Positions 11,513-20,185 of a stretch of 46,225 nt of DNA are shown piece after piece. The DNA comes from Ignavibacteriales bacterium. GTDB taxonomy: Bacteria; Bacteroidota; Ignavibacteria; UBA10030; JAHEZR01. The translations under genes were made by a program, and so were the position numbers. The notes beneath the pieces are model-generated. The model made no database searches, had not been told where the DNA came from, and was given only the letters and a program-made list of their open reading frames with translations. The stretch lies in assembly GCA_037446075.1 (NCBI GenBank), contig JBBIJH010000004.1, forward strand, positions 1-46,225, in the 5' to 3' direction. How positions within the stretch are numbered: the stretch's first letter is position 1; every line of letters starts with the position of its first letter.

Positions 11513-13102
11513 ATGAAGAGAAGAGATTTTCTTAGACGCGTCCTCCCCGTCACAGCACTACCCTTTGTAATCAATGGGCTTCCGCTCCGAGCGTACGGGA
11601 GATCACCATTCCTTGAGGCGCTCATTGGTGCCACAGTGGCAACGGATCGCGTTCTCGTCCTCATTCAACTGAACGGTGGGAATGATGGGATCAATACCGT
11701 CATCCCGCTTGATCAGTACTCCAGCTATTTCAATGTCCGTAGCAACATCGCCATCCCCGAAAACCAAGTTATCCGACTGACAGACGCCACTGGCCTTCAC
11801 CCCGCGATGACGGGAATGAAGAGTTTGTACGACGACGGAAAGCTCACCGTCGTGCAGGGCGTGACGTATCCCAATCCAAACCTTTCTCACTTCCGTGCAA
11901 CGGACATCTGGCTCACGGCTTCAAACTACGATGAATACCTTACGACAGGATGGATAGGGCGCTATCTTGAGTATGAGTTTCCACAATACCCGGATGGCTT
12001 TCCGAACGAAGTTATGCCCGATCCACTTGCAGTTCAGATCGGGTCGGTGATTTCTCTTGGTTTACAAGGGGCGGGTAGGACAATGGGGATCGCGATTCAG
12101 GATCCTCAAACCTTCTACCAGCTTGTGAGCAGTGGCTCGACGGGCGGGACCGACACTCCACCTCAAACTCCGGCCGGACGCGAGCTATCCTATATTCGAC
12201 AGGTTGCCCTCCAGTCTCAGCAATACGCTACCCAAGTGAAGGGTGCAGCGGACAAGGCGCAGAATCGATCGACACTGTATCCCCCGGCTAACCAGAACAC
12301 GCTTGCAGATCAACTGAGGATCGTGGCGCGGTTAATAGCGGGTGGTTTGAAGACTCGCATCTACGTTGTGAACCTTGGCGGCTTTGACAATCACTCCAGC
12401 CAGGTCGTTAGCGGAAGTCCGATGACAGGTATACATGCTACTCTTTTGGGTCGGCTGGCGACGGCTGCTCAAGCTTTTCAGGATGACCTTAGACTCCTTG
12501 GCATAGAAGACCGTGTTGTAAGTATGACGTTCTCGGAGTTCGGGCGGCGCGTGGCCTCAAATAGCAGCCTCGGGACGGACCACGGCACTGCTGCGCCAAT
12601 GTTCCTCTTTGGGAAAATCGTGAAGCCGGGAATTGTCGGGTACAATCCGAGCTTGACAGATCTCTCCAGCGGAAACCTCAAGATGCAGTACGATTTTCGC
12701 CAGGTGTATGCCTCGGTTCTCGGTCAACTGTTCAGTGCTGATCAAAGGGAACTCAGCACCGTGCTCCTGAGAAACTTCCAGCCCTTGCCGCTCGTCCAGC
12801 CGCTCGTGACCAACGTTGTGAGAGGTGAAGTTCTTCCGGCGACCTACCGTCTGTACGAGAATTATCCCAATCCATTCAACCCGACGACAACGATTTCCTA
12901 TGACCTACCCGTAGACGTTGACGTTGTTCTCAGAGTGTATGACATGCTCGGTCGGGAAGTGAGAACGCTCTTGAACGAGCGACAAGCCGCTGGCACCCAT
13001 CGAGTACTCTTCGATGCGTCAAATCTCTCAAGCGGCGCATACATCTACGAGCTTCGGGCAGGTTCGTTTATTGATCGCAAGAAAATGTTAATGATCAAGT
13101 AG
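11513..13102 (+). CDS. DUF1501 family protein with twin-arginine signal and C-terminal T9SS sorting domain
   Basis: MKRRDFLRR start; LVLIQLNGGNDG, PNLSHFRATDIW, GGFDNH, FSEFGRR, GTDHG and DFRQVY motifs; tail NYPNPFNPTTTI...SGAYIY...KKMLMIK. Confidence 0.9.
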   Translation: MKRRDFLRRVLPVTALPFVINGLPLRAYGRSPFLEALIGATVATDRVLVLIQLNGGNDGINTVIPLDQYSSYFNVRSNIAIPENQVIRLTDATGLHPAMTGMKSLYDDGKLTVVQGVTYPNPNLSHFRATDIWLTASNYDEYLTTGWIGRYLEYEFPQYPDGFPNEVMPDPLAVQIGSVISLGLQGAGRTMGIAIQDPQTFYQLVSSGSTGGTDTPPQTPAGRELSYIRQVALQSQQYATQVKGAADKAQNRSTLYPPANQNTLADQLRIVARLIAGGLKTRIYVVNLGGFDNHSSQVVSGSPMTGIHATLLGRLATAAQAFQDDLRLLGIEDRVVSMTFSEFGRRVASNSSLGTDHGTAAPMFLFGKIVKPGIVGYNPSLTDLSSGNLKMQYDFRQVYASVLGQLFSADQRELSTVLLRNFQPLPLVQPLVTNVVRGEVLPATYRLYENYPNPFNPTTTISYDLPVDVDVVLRVYDMLGREVRTLLNERQAAGTHRVLFDASNLSSGAYIYELRAGSFIDRKKMLMIK

Positions 13103-13174
13103 AAACTAATAAGGAGGAAGTAAGCAACGGAAGCTTTGTCAGAGAGTGCCTCTTCTTGCAACAGGTCCTGCGAC

Positions 13175-13199
13175 AGAGCCTCGGCAGAGGTTTTCTTTT
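13175..13199 (+). terminator. Probable intrinsic terminator after the DUF1501 gene
   Basis: agagcctc-ggca-gaggtttt hairpin (with G-U pairs) followed by ctttt. Confidence 0.5.
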
Positions 13200-13276
13200 G
13201 AAGAAGGTACATTGCACCCTCATGAAGGCTCGGGATACAAAGAGGGAGAATCTTTTAGTCTAAAGGTTGCGTTACC

Positions 13277-13305
13277 TTGATTGTTCCAGCTAATTTCGAT
13301 ATATT
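13277..13305 (+). promoter_or_regulatory. sigma70-type promoter of tRNA-Pro
   Basis: TTGATT-N17-TATATT, ending 15 nt before the tRNA. Confidence 0.6.
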
Positions 13306-13319
13306 CGGCTGAGGCTTCA

Positions 13320-13393
13320 CGGAACGTAGCGCAGCCTGGTAGCGCACCACGCTTGGGACGTGGGGGTCGCGGGTTCAAATCCCGCCGTTCCGA
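13320..13393 (+). tRNA. tRNA-Pro(TGG); CCA not encoded
   Basis: Acceptor stem CGGAACG/CGTTCCG, D arm GCGC..GCGC, anticodon arm CCACG-CTTGGGA-CGTGG, T arm GCGGG-TTCAAAT-CCCGC. Confidence 0.97.
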
Positions 13394-13433
13394 CTCATCT
13401 CTCGGCAAGTAGGACTCCTGCCCTCTTATTTTC

Positions 13434-13688
13434 TTGGTCTACGTTCTTCGCAGCCTCAAAGATGGCAAGCTCTATATCGGTCAAACGAACAATCTTCAGG
13501 ATTATCTGCTCAGACACAATCAGGGACAAGTGAGATCCACAAAGGCTAGACGTCCGCTTCAGCTCATTTACTTCGAGGTGTACAAAGCTCGCAGTGAAGC
13601 TCGAAGACGCGAGGATTTCCTGAGATCTCCTCAAGGGTGGTTGTTCCTGAAGAGCACACTCCTTCAAGCGCAGCCCATCGCAACGTGA
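13434..13688 (+). CDS. Small stand-alone GIY-YIG nuclease family protein, possibly degenerate
   Basis: VYVLRS...LYIGQT..L.....HN.G...STK..RP..LIY.E......A..RE pattern. No ATG (frame reads ATT-TTC-TTG), and the usually conserved Arg four residues before HN is Tyr. Confidence 0.8.
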   Translation: MVYVLRSLKDGKLYIGQTNNLQDYLLRHNQGQVRSTKARRPLQLIYFEVYKARSEARRREDFLRSPQGWLFLKSTLLQAQPIAT

Positions 13689-13795
13689 CCCCCGAAGGAG
13701 TCCTTCGGACCTTCGGGGGTAGCGGACCACGCTTGAGACGTGGGGGTCGCGGGTTTCCCAACGGGATCACTTCCTGACAAATGCCGCCGTTTCGA
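13679..13795 (+). pseudogene. Decayed second copy of tRNA-Pro with two inserted segments
   Basis: cgcaacgt matches the tRNA 5' end (cggaacgt). 13718-13755 matches tRNA positions 13338-13375 with 2 mismatches. A 22-nt insert (13756-13777) splits the T-loop, then caaatgccgccgtttcga matches the 3' end with 2 mismatches. Confidence 0.85.
13687..13719. repeat. About 33-bp palindromic mini-element, copy 1
   Basis: Perfect 10-bp inverted repeat cccccgaagg/ccttcggggg (13689-13698, 13710-13719); related copy at 21813-21846. Confidence 0.7.
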
Positions 13796-14348
13796 CGGCG
13801 GGTTCTTCCTCGATACAGCTTTCACTGCTTCAGAGTCATAGAGTTCGCCAGCAGAAAGGTGGCGGAGCCCAGCCTGACTCTTAGCCTGCGGGCACCCGCA
13901 CCGGGTAATCCGGCTATGAGGTCGAGCAATAAGGGTCTTTCTCACCTTCGACTCCGCCCCTCCCATTCATTCTTAAGGTCTTACCGTCTACTACCTTTAG
14001 GCCGGAAATGAGCCGGATTCTTACCTCTCGGCGCCATGGTATCGTACCATTGTTGCCTCTGAGGGGATTGATCGATCTGTGAGACCCTGTTTTTCAGCCG
14101 ATTTGACATCCCTGTGCTTGTAATTTTTACTTTTTTTCATTATCCTTCGAGCGGGTTACACTTGCTGGGAAACACAATCTACCACTCCGACAACTAATAG
14201 AAACCAGACTTGAGCATATCGTGGCGCGAGTAATCCAAAGGGGGCTTCCGTAAACTAGACCGTATCCTTCTCACATCAACCCCGTTGTATCTATCGGGAC
14301 TAATCAAAGCAATATCCAAACCCAAGAGTAAACTTCCGAGGCACTCAC

Positions 14349-15713
14349 ATGGCGACAAAAGAAGGTCGTATCTTAGTGGTCGATGATGAGGAGACATTCC
14401 GCTACATGCTTACCTCGCTCATCGAAGCGGAGGGATACACGGCTCATTCCGCCGCCGACGGGGTTCAGGGAATCAACGCCGTGCAGGCAAAAGCTTTTGA
14501 CATCGCTCTCATAGATGTGCGGATGCCAAAGGTGGACGGAGTGGAAGTGTTGAAATTCATTAAAGAATATTCGCCCGACACCGAGGCGATCATGGTGACC
14601 GCGGTTGGAGATCTCCGAATTGCTGTCGAGTGCATGAAGCTTGGTGCCTACGACTACATCACGAAGCCTTTTTCCACAGAGGAGCTCTTAGGAACTATCG
14701 AACGAGCACTGGAACGGAAACGGCTGCTGCGTGAAAACGTATTGATGAGAAAAGAGCTGTCTCGTTATGTGGGTTCCTCAGAAATTATTGGCCAAAGCCC
14801 GAATTTCCAGAAGGTGCTGGAAGTTGCTGCAAGAGTGGCCCCCACGGAATCCACAATTCTGATCCAGGGTGCTAGCGGAACCGGAAAGGAGTTAATCGCC
14901 AATTTCATTTATAAGAACAGCATGAGGAAAGATGCGCCCTTCGTTGCTTTGAATTGCGCCTCGATCCCCGATTCCCTTATCGAGAGTGAGTTGTTTGGAC
15001 ACGAGAAAGGCGCTTTCACCGATGCGCGTGCGACAAAGCAGGGACTGGTAGAGATCGCAAACGGAGGTACCCTTTTTCTCGATGAGGTTGGTGATGTGAG
15101 CATGATGGTCCAGCCGAAGCTTCTACGCTTCATCCAGACAGGAGAGTTCCGGCGTGTCGGCGGGAACAAGGTGATGAAGTCCGATGTCCGAATCATCTCG
15201 GCCACAAATAAAGACCTAGCTCAGGAAGTACGAGCAGGACGATTCCGTGAAGACCTTCTCTATCGCCTGAATGTGATCACGATTGAAATTCCTCCACTGA
15301 GAGACCGGAAGGAAGACATCCCCCTCTTTGTGGACTGGTTTCTAAAGAACAAGCTTCAGATGAAGACCCAGTGCCAGATCAGCCCCAAGGCACTGGAGGT
15401 TCTTATGAAGTATGATTGGCCGGGAAATGTGCGAGAATTGGAAAACGTGATCGAGAGGGCAGCGATCCTCTGCAATGATTATATGATCCAGCCTCAAGAC
15501 CTTTCGCTTCCGCTGAAAGCAACCATGCTTGCCTCCTCGTTCCGTGAAGAAGATGTTCTAGGCAGCCCACTACCGATGAAAGAAATCGAACGGCTTCATA
15601 TCCAAGGAGTCCTCAAAAATACAGGAGGAAACAAACCGAAGGCTGCCAAAGTGCTTGGCATTAGTCTGAAGACACTGTATACCAAGATCAGTCAGTACCA
15701 GATTCAAGTATAA
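14349..15713 (+). CDS. sigma54-dependent response regulator (NtrC/AtoC family: receiver, AAA+, Fis-type HTH)
   Basis: LVVDDE, IDVRMP (phospho-Asp), GAYDYITKPF, GASGTGKE, ESELFGHEKGAFTDA, LFLDE, RFREDLLYRLNV, WPGNVRELEN and AAKVLGIS..TLY motifs. Confidence 0.96.
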   Translation: MATKEGRILVVDDEETFRYMLTSLIEAEGYTAHSAADGVQGINAVQAKAFDIALIDVRMPKVDGVEVLKFIKEYSPDTEAIMVTAVGDLRIAVECMKLGAYDYITKPFSTEELLGTIERALERKRLLRENVLMRKELSRYVGSSEIIGQSPNFQKVLEVAARVAPTESTILIQGASGTGKELIANFIYKNSMRKDAPFVALNCASIPDSLIESELFGHEKGAFTDARATKQGLVEIANGGTLFLDEVGDVSMMVQPKLLRFIQTGEFRRVGGNKVMKSDVRIISATNKDLAQEVRAGRFREDLLYRLNVITIEIPPLRDRKEDIPLFVDWFLKNKLQMKTQCQISPKALEVLMKYDWPGNVRELENVIERAAILCNDYMIQPQDLSLPLKATMLASSFREEDVLGSPLPMKEIERLHIQGVLKNTGGNKPKAAKVLGISLKTLYTKISQYQIQV

Positions 15714-16170
15714 GTTCGGAGAGAATCACCCTTACCCTTCTTGACGGCTCTTCCTCAGGCGAAGCTGCAATCAAATGCCCCTGGGCCCCTCATGCAGCTT
15801 CGGAATCTATCCTGCATGCATATAAGGTAGAACTCTTCTTTTCCGCCGGGCCCAGCCATTTCTGTCTATTTCCTCAATATGGAATCGGGGCAGCTGCTCA
15901 AAGAACTCCCTGGACTGCCCCATTAACCACTTGCCCCTGTCACGATGCCCCGTCACCTATGTCTGCCAAGCCCGGAATTCCGCCATCCCTTTGTAGAATC
16001 TCTTAAAAAGAACTTACAAATCGTTATACCTGAGGCTGGGGTAGACTGATCCTCCTTTGAATCTGCCCGGTTCACTCTTGACCCCGTTCTCGGCAAAACC
16101 GAGTTGATTTCTGAAGTTTTGCCACCCAGAGATGAATCGTTCTCACTCGTCGACTTGCTGTGATTCCCAC

Positions 16171-16187
16171 TTGGCACAGCCGTTGAA
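16171..16187 (+). promoter_or_regulatory. sigma54 (-24/-12) promoter candidate for the TIGR03790-like gene
   Basis: TTGGCAC-AGCCG-TTGAA versus consensus YTGGCAC-N5-TTGCW; the -12 element reads GA instead of GC. Confidence 0.6.
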
Positions 16188-16246
16188 CCTCTCACTAGTA
16201 GTCATTGAGAAGTTGGCCGAATGACTCGAGGGAAGAAACCACAGAC

Positions 16247-17941
16247 ATGAAGACGAGAACGAGAACCTTCGGAAGTATCATCGGGGCGACCATGATACTT
16301 ACGGTCCATCCCACTCAGGCTGAAGGGCAGACAAATTATAACGACGTCCTTATAGTCATAAACAGTAACAGCCCGATCTCCGAGCAGGTGGGAACTTACT
16401 TTGCCAGCGTCCGTGGAGTTCCCCCGTTGAACATTGCAAGGATCAGCGTGTCAGCGAACGAGGAGATTGACAGCACCGAGTTCAACTCCTTGAGATCACA
16501 GGTGGAGAACCACATCACAAGCAACGGCCTGACGAACCAGATCAACTACATCGTTACGACGAAAGGGGTACCGTTGAAAGTAAACAGAGGGAATACGTTT
16601 TCAACAAGTTCTCCCTCTTCCTCGGTGGAAAGCGAACTCGCTTTGATTCTCGGCCCCTACGCAAGCTCGATCGGTGGGAACGGGATTGTTTTCTCACCCT
16701 ACTACTATGCGAATGCCCACTTCTCGCGGTCAACGTATGGTTTCTATCTTACAACTCGACTTGACGGCTATACTTTTGAAGACATCAAGGGGATCATTGA
16801 TCGCGGCGGGCCGAGTCAGTCGTTTTCTTCGACCGGCACGCGGTTCGTTTTTGATCAAGATCCTGAATGGAATAGCACGTTGCCTGGACTGAACAATGCG
16901 ATGGCATCTGCTCAAAACATTCTTGTCAACAGAGGACTAGGCAGTCTTCTCGACCAAACCACGACCTACCTCACGAACCAGCCATCTGTCATCGGGTATG
17001 TCAGCTGGGGAAGCAACGACCACTATGCAAGCCTCTATACACAGTACGCCAAGCCCGGGAACACCTGGGCGCCTGGCGCCATAGTGGAGACGTACGTATC
17101 GACCTCCGGCAGAACCTTTACCCAACCCGCAACCTATGGACAGTCTCTCATCGCCGATTGGATCGCGGAGGGAGCGACGGGTGCAAAGGGATACGTCTTC
17201 GAGCCGTTCTCATTTGCAATGGCCATCGTCTCTGTTCTCTTTGACCGTTATACCAACAACTACAACCTCGCGGAAAGCTACTTCATGGCTTCTCGGTCGC
17301 TGTCATGGATGGACGTTGTTATCGGCGATCCGAAGACGTCTCTGAATGCGGTCCAAGTTCCGAATCCAGTGGAACTCGCATGGTTCACGGCCGAAATCAA
17401 TGGGCTGGCGGCGGAGTTAAAGTGGGGAACAATTTCGGAAACCAATAACTACGGTTTCGAAGTACAGCGCAAAGCAGATGGAGAATCGGACTTCACAACG
17501 ATCCCTGGAAGCTTCGTTCCCGGACACGGCACTACTCTGACTCCACAGTCGTACAGTTTCGTTGATCGAAATCCGCCGTCCGGAAAGGTCTATTACCGAC
17601 TGAAGCAGATCGATCTGGACGGGACGTTCGAGTATCACGGGCCCATCGTGATTGTCAACCCTGAATCAAGTAAGAAAGCGAAAGTCTATCTCGCTCAGAA
17701 CTATCCCAACCCCTTCAACCCGTTGACGAATATCAAATTCGTCTTACCGACTCCGGACCACGTGGTCTTAAGGGTTTACAACACGGCCGGTCAGGAGGTC
17801 GCGACGCTAATCGATGGACCTCGCGAGGCGGGAGTTCATTCTGCCAAACTCGATGCCGGGCATCTTGCTAGCGGAATGTATTTCTATGTGCTCAAGACAA
17901 GCGAAATGACGATTGCACGGAAAATGATCTTGGTGAAGTAG
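16247..17941 (+). CDS. TIGR03790-like protein with Ig-like 'PVEL' module and T9SS C-terminal domain
   Basis: Signal-like N terminus; VLIVINSNSPIS..VGTYFA..RGVP..N, TTKGVP, TRLDG, ADWIAEGATGAKGYVFEP and LAESY..A...LSW..VVIGDP motifs; then PVELAWF...ETNNYGFEV...YYRLKQIDLDG and QNYPNPFNP...KMILVK. ATG at 16247 preferred over TTG at 16205. Confidence 0.8.
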   Translation: MKTRTRTFGSIIGATMILTVHPTQAEGQTNYNDVLIVINSNSPISEQVGTYFASVRGVPPLNIARISVSANEEIDSTEFNSLRSQVENHITSNGLTNQINYIVTTKGVPLKVNRGNTFSTSSPSSSVESELALILGPYASSIGGNGIVFSPYYYANAHFSRSTYGFYLTTRLDGYTFEDIKGIIDRGGPSQSFSSTGTRFVFDQDPEWNSTLPGLNNAMASAQNILVNRGLGSLLDQTTTYLTNQPSVIGYVSWGSNDHYASLYTQYAKPGNTWAPGAIVETYVSTSGRTFTQPATYGQSLIADWIAEGATGAKGYVFEPFSFAMAIVSVLFDRYTNNYNLAESYFMASRSLSWMDVVIGDPKTSLNAVQVPNPVELAWFTAEINGLAAELKWGTISETNNYGFEVQRKADGESDFTTIPGSFVPGHGTTLTPQSYSFVDRNPPSGKVYYRLKQIDLDGTFEYHGPIVIVNPESSKKAKVYLAQNYPNPFNPLTNIKFVLPTPDHVVLRVYNTAGQEVATLIDGPREAGVHSAKLDAGHLASGMYFYVLKTSEMTIARKMILVK

Positions 17942-17944
17942 AAC

Positions 17945-18952
17945 ATGTACCGTCAACTTAGAGTCGCAACGATCCCCAGACCTCTCTCTGATCAGCTCCA
18001 GGGCGCACATGACCGTCCTCTTGTCGTGCACCCGAGGATGGCCTGGATTCTTTACTACGAACAAAAACGAAACGTCCGTGCAGTGTGTCAGAAGTTCGGC
18101 ATCAGTCGGAAGACATTTTATAAATGGCTGAAGCGCTACCGAAAGTCGAACGGTGACCCGGCAAGCCTCGTTGATGTTTCTCGAAGACCGCACCGCTTCC
18201 CAAGAGCGACATCCCGGGAGGTCCTCCAGATCCTTCTTCAGGTGAAGAAAGAGACTGGATACGGGCAGCGCCGATTGAAACAATACTTGGCCGAAAAGTA
18301 CAACATCTCGATCTCCGAACACACGATCTGGAAGCTCCTTAAGCGCTATAACGGGGACAACGGCCTTGGTGTTCATGCAACACCATCTACTCCTGAGATC
18401 AGACCAGGGAGCATCGTTCAAATCGTGGTTCGAAATATCGCCCCGTACATCAATCAGCACGAATATGTTCAGTACACGGCGTTCGATGCATGCACGAAAT
18501 TGAGAATTTCGAAGGTCTACCGAAAATACTCCTGGCGAAGTGCGGCTGACTTTGTAAAGTTGGCCATCGAGAGATTTCCGTTTAGTATCAAGGAGCTACA
18601 AACACCGGAGGATGATCCCTTTACAAATTCTCAAGCTGGCAATGAAATCTCAACGATAATGTGCGAACCTGTGCCCGCGCTTCTCGAGAAGGCGAACATC
18701 AAACATACTGTTCTCCCAGAGGATCAATTGAAACAGACACCGGCTATGAAACTGCTGCAGGAGGAGGACGAGGAGTTCTTCAAACGAAACTCGTACCGAA
18801 AATTGGATGATCTGATCCGTGCCGCCGCAGAGTACGTGACCGTGTACAACAACCATCGGAAGCATAGCGATCTCAATGGCCTGACGCCATTACAAAAGCT
18901 TCGATCATATCCGGAGTACAAGAATATCGTCTATTTTGACCCGTATGCCTGA
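17945..18952 (+). CDS. IS481-family transposase homolog with intact HTH domains but no DDE triad (likely domesticated)
   Basis: VCQKFGISRKTFYKWLKRY, SRRPH, YG.RRL, ISEHTIWKLLKR, QYTAFD, FPFSI and YNNHRKHSDLNGLTP motifs. Catalytic motifs are altered (VQIVVR, QTPEDD, PAMKLL). No terminal inverted repeats were seen. Confidence 0.8.
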   Translation: MYRQLRVATIPRPLSDQLQGAHDRPLVVHPRMAWILYYEQKRNVRAVCQKFGISRKTFYKWLKRYRKSNGDPASLVDVSRRPHRFPRATSREVLQILLQVKKETGYGQRRLKQYLAEKYNISISEHTIWKLLKRYNGDNGLGVHATPSTPEIRPGSIVQIVVRNIAPYINQHEYVQYTAFDACTKLRISKVYRKYSWRSAADFVKLAIERFPFSIKELQTPEDDPFTNSQAGNEISTIMCEPVPALLEKANIKHTVLPEDQLKQTPAMKLLQEEDEEFFKRNSYRKLDDLIRAAAEYVTVYNNHRKHSDLNGLTPLQKLRSYPEYKNIVYFDPYA

Positions 18953-19729
18953 AGCGATCACCCCGCGCATCAGTAGAACAGCCCGCAGCAGCGCCAGAGT
19001 CCTCCTGAGGTCTGCATCGCATGGGGTGAGAGCTACAGGCTACGGAAGATCTATTCCCTCAAGCATCAAGTTACTGTCTGAACCTTTTTCTCTACTAGTT
19101 CTTCCCAGTGGTTGAACTCTGCAATCCACCCCTTTCTCCGTGTAACAATTCATTGACTCGTAATCGCCAGACTAAGAGAGCGGCTGGCCCGCGTCAACAC
19201 CATTTAACCCTTGGTCCTCCGACAAGAGCGGAATTGACACGGAGTCAGGTAAACACCCATGACTCAAGGCAAAAGGAGATTCATTGAAGTCATGTCGTAG
19301 CAAGCATCTTGGCATTCGCTGATGACAGTGTATCCACTTTGAGAAACAAACTGTCTCGGCAAGATGCAGCAACTGCGCTTATAGGAAGAACTTTAGGTCG
19401 TCCCTACAACCGCTTCTTAATCTGCAGAGATGTTCTCAAGCTTGCCCCAGAACTCGGCTAATGTGAAGTTGAACAGCGAGTAGTTGAACGCATTTCCTTG
19501 AGATCTCTCTTGTCTCAACTTATGCGTGCTACAGACTGGACAGGATAAGGATTCCTCAGTCCGGGGAGTCGACACGGCATTCCTTCAACGTACGAGGATA
19601 TGCATTACCCGAAGGGCATGATACCTATGAACTCCGTTTGAGTGAGTTCAGTAACCACCGTACCTATGGCCCTTCTCCATAGTCCGAAACCTATCAGCAG
19701 ACATCGCTCCTAAGGATTTCCCAAACTTC

Positions 19730-19758
19730 TTGACTTGCGAACACACATCATATAAATT
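19730..19758 (+). promoter_or_regulatory. sigma70-type promoter about 430 nt upstream of the next gene
   Basis: TTGACT-N17-TAAATT. Confidence 0.55.
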
Positions 19759-20185
19759 TGTTCCAAGCCTGCCGCCTGTCTACGACCCGACGTGTTGGGT
19801 CGCAGAGAAGAAAGATTAGATTGAAAATTCGCTATGGCGAAGTGAAGAGATAGCGGTTAATGAGAAAGTTTGTACATCTGATCCTCTATCGAACAATCAA
19901 AGATCCCGTGACGGGGAAACAAGTAGCTATTCTTTGTACATGGATCATTATCGTTTTGTAACCAGAGTCACTGATGTGCAGAAATTGCTATAGAACTTTC
20001 ACTAAGATCACCTATCCCTTGAGACTCTCTGCAACATATTTTCCACAACAGGATCGTCGAGCAGAAGAGACAGGTTACAGCTCGAGGAAGTTGATACGCA
20101 GGTACCGATTCATACAATTCATGATTGTCCGACAAAGAAACTAGCTCACAACACTCAAAACAACCTTCCGAAAGGAAAAGGGGAG

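Noticed and set aside
13679-13795. Functional second tRNA (anticodon would read TGA), or attR of a prophage/ICE
   Set aside because: The D-arm and T-loop are disrupted by inserts and the acceptor stem is mismatched. Only about 290 bp separate it from the real tRNA, with no integrase.
17945-18952. Active IS481 insertion sequence
   Set aside because: DDE residues are absent, no matching terminal inverted repeats or target duplication were found, and the ORF starts 3 nt after the upstream stop.
19957-20079. MITE bounded by TGTAACC/GGTTACA
   Set aside because: Only 7 bp are perfectly inverted, there is no target-site duplication and no second copy in the window. Kept only as possible operator half-sites.
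20085-20100. sigma54 promoter for the 20186 gene (AGG-N10-GCA)
   Set aside because: Only the GG/GC dinucleotides match; the TGGCAC and TTGC context is missing, so this is expected by chance.
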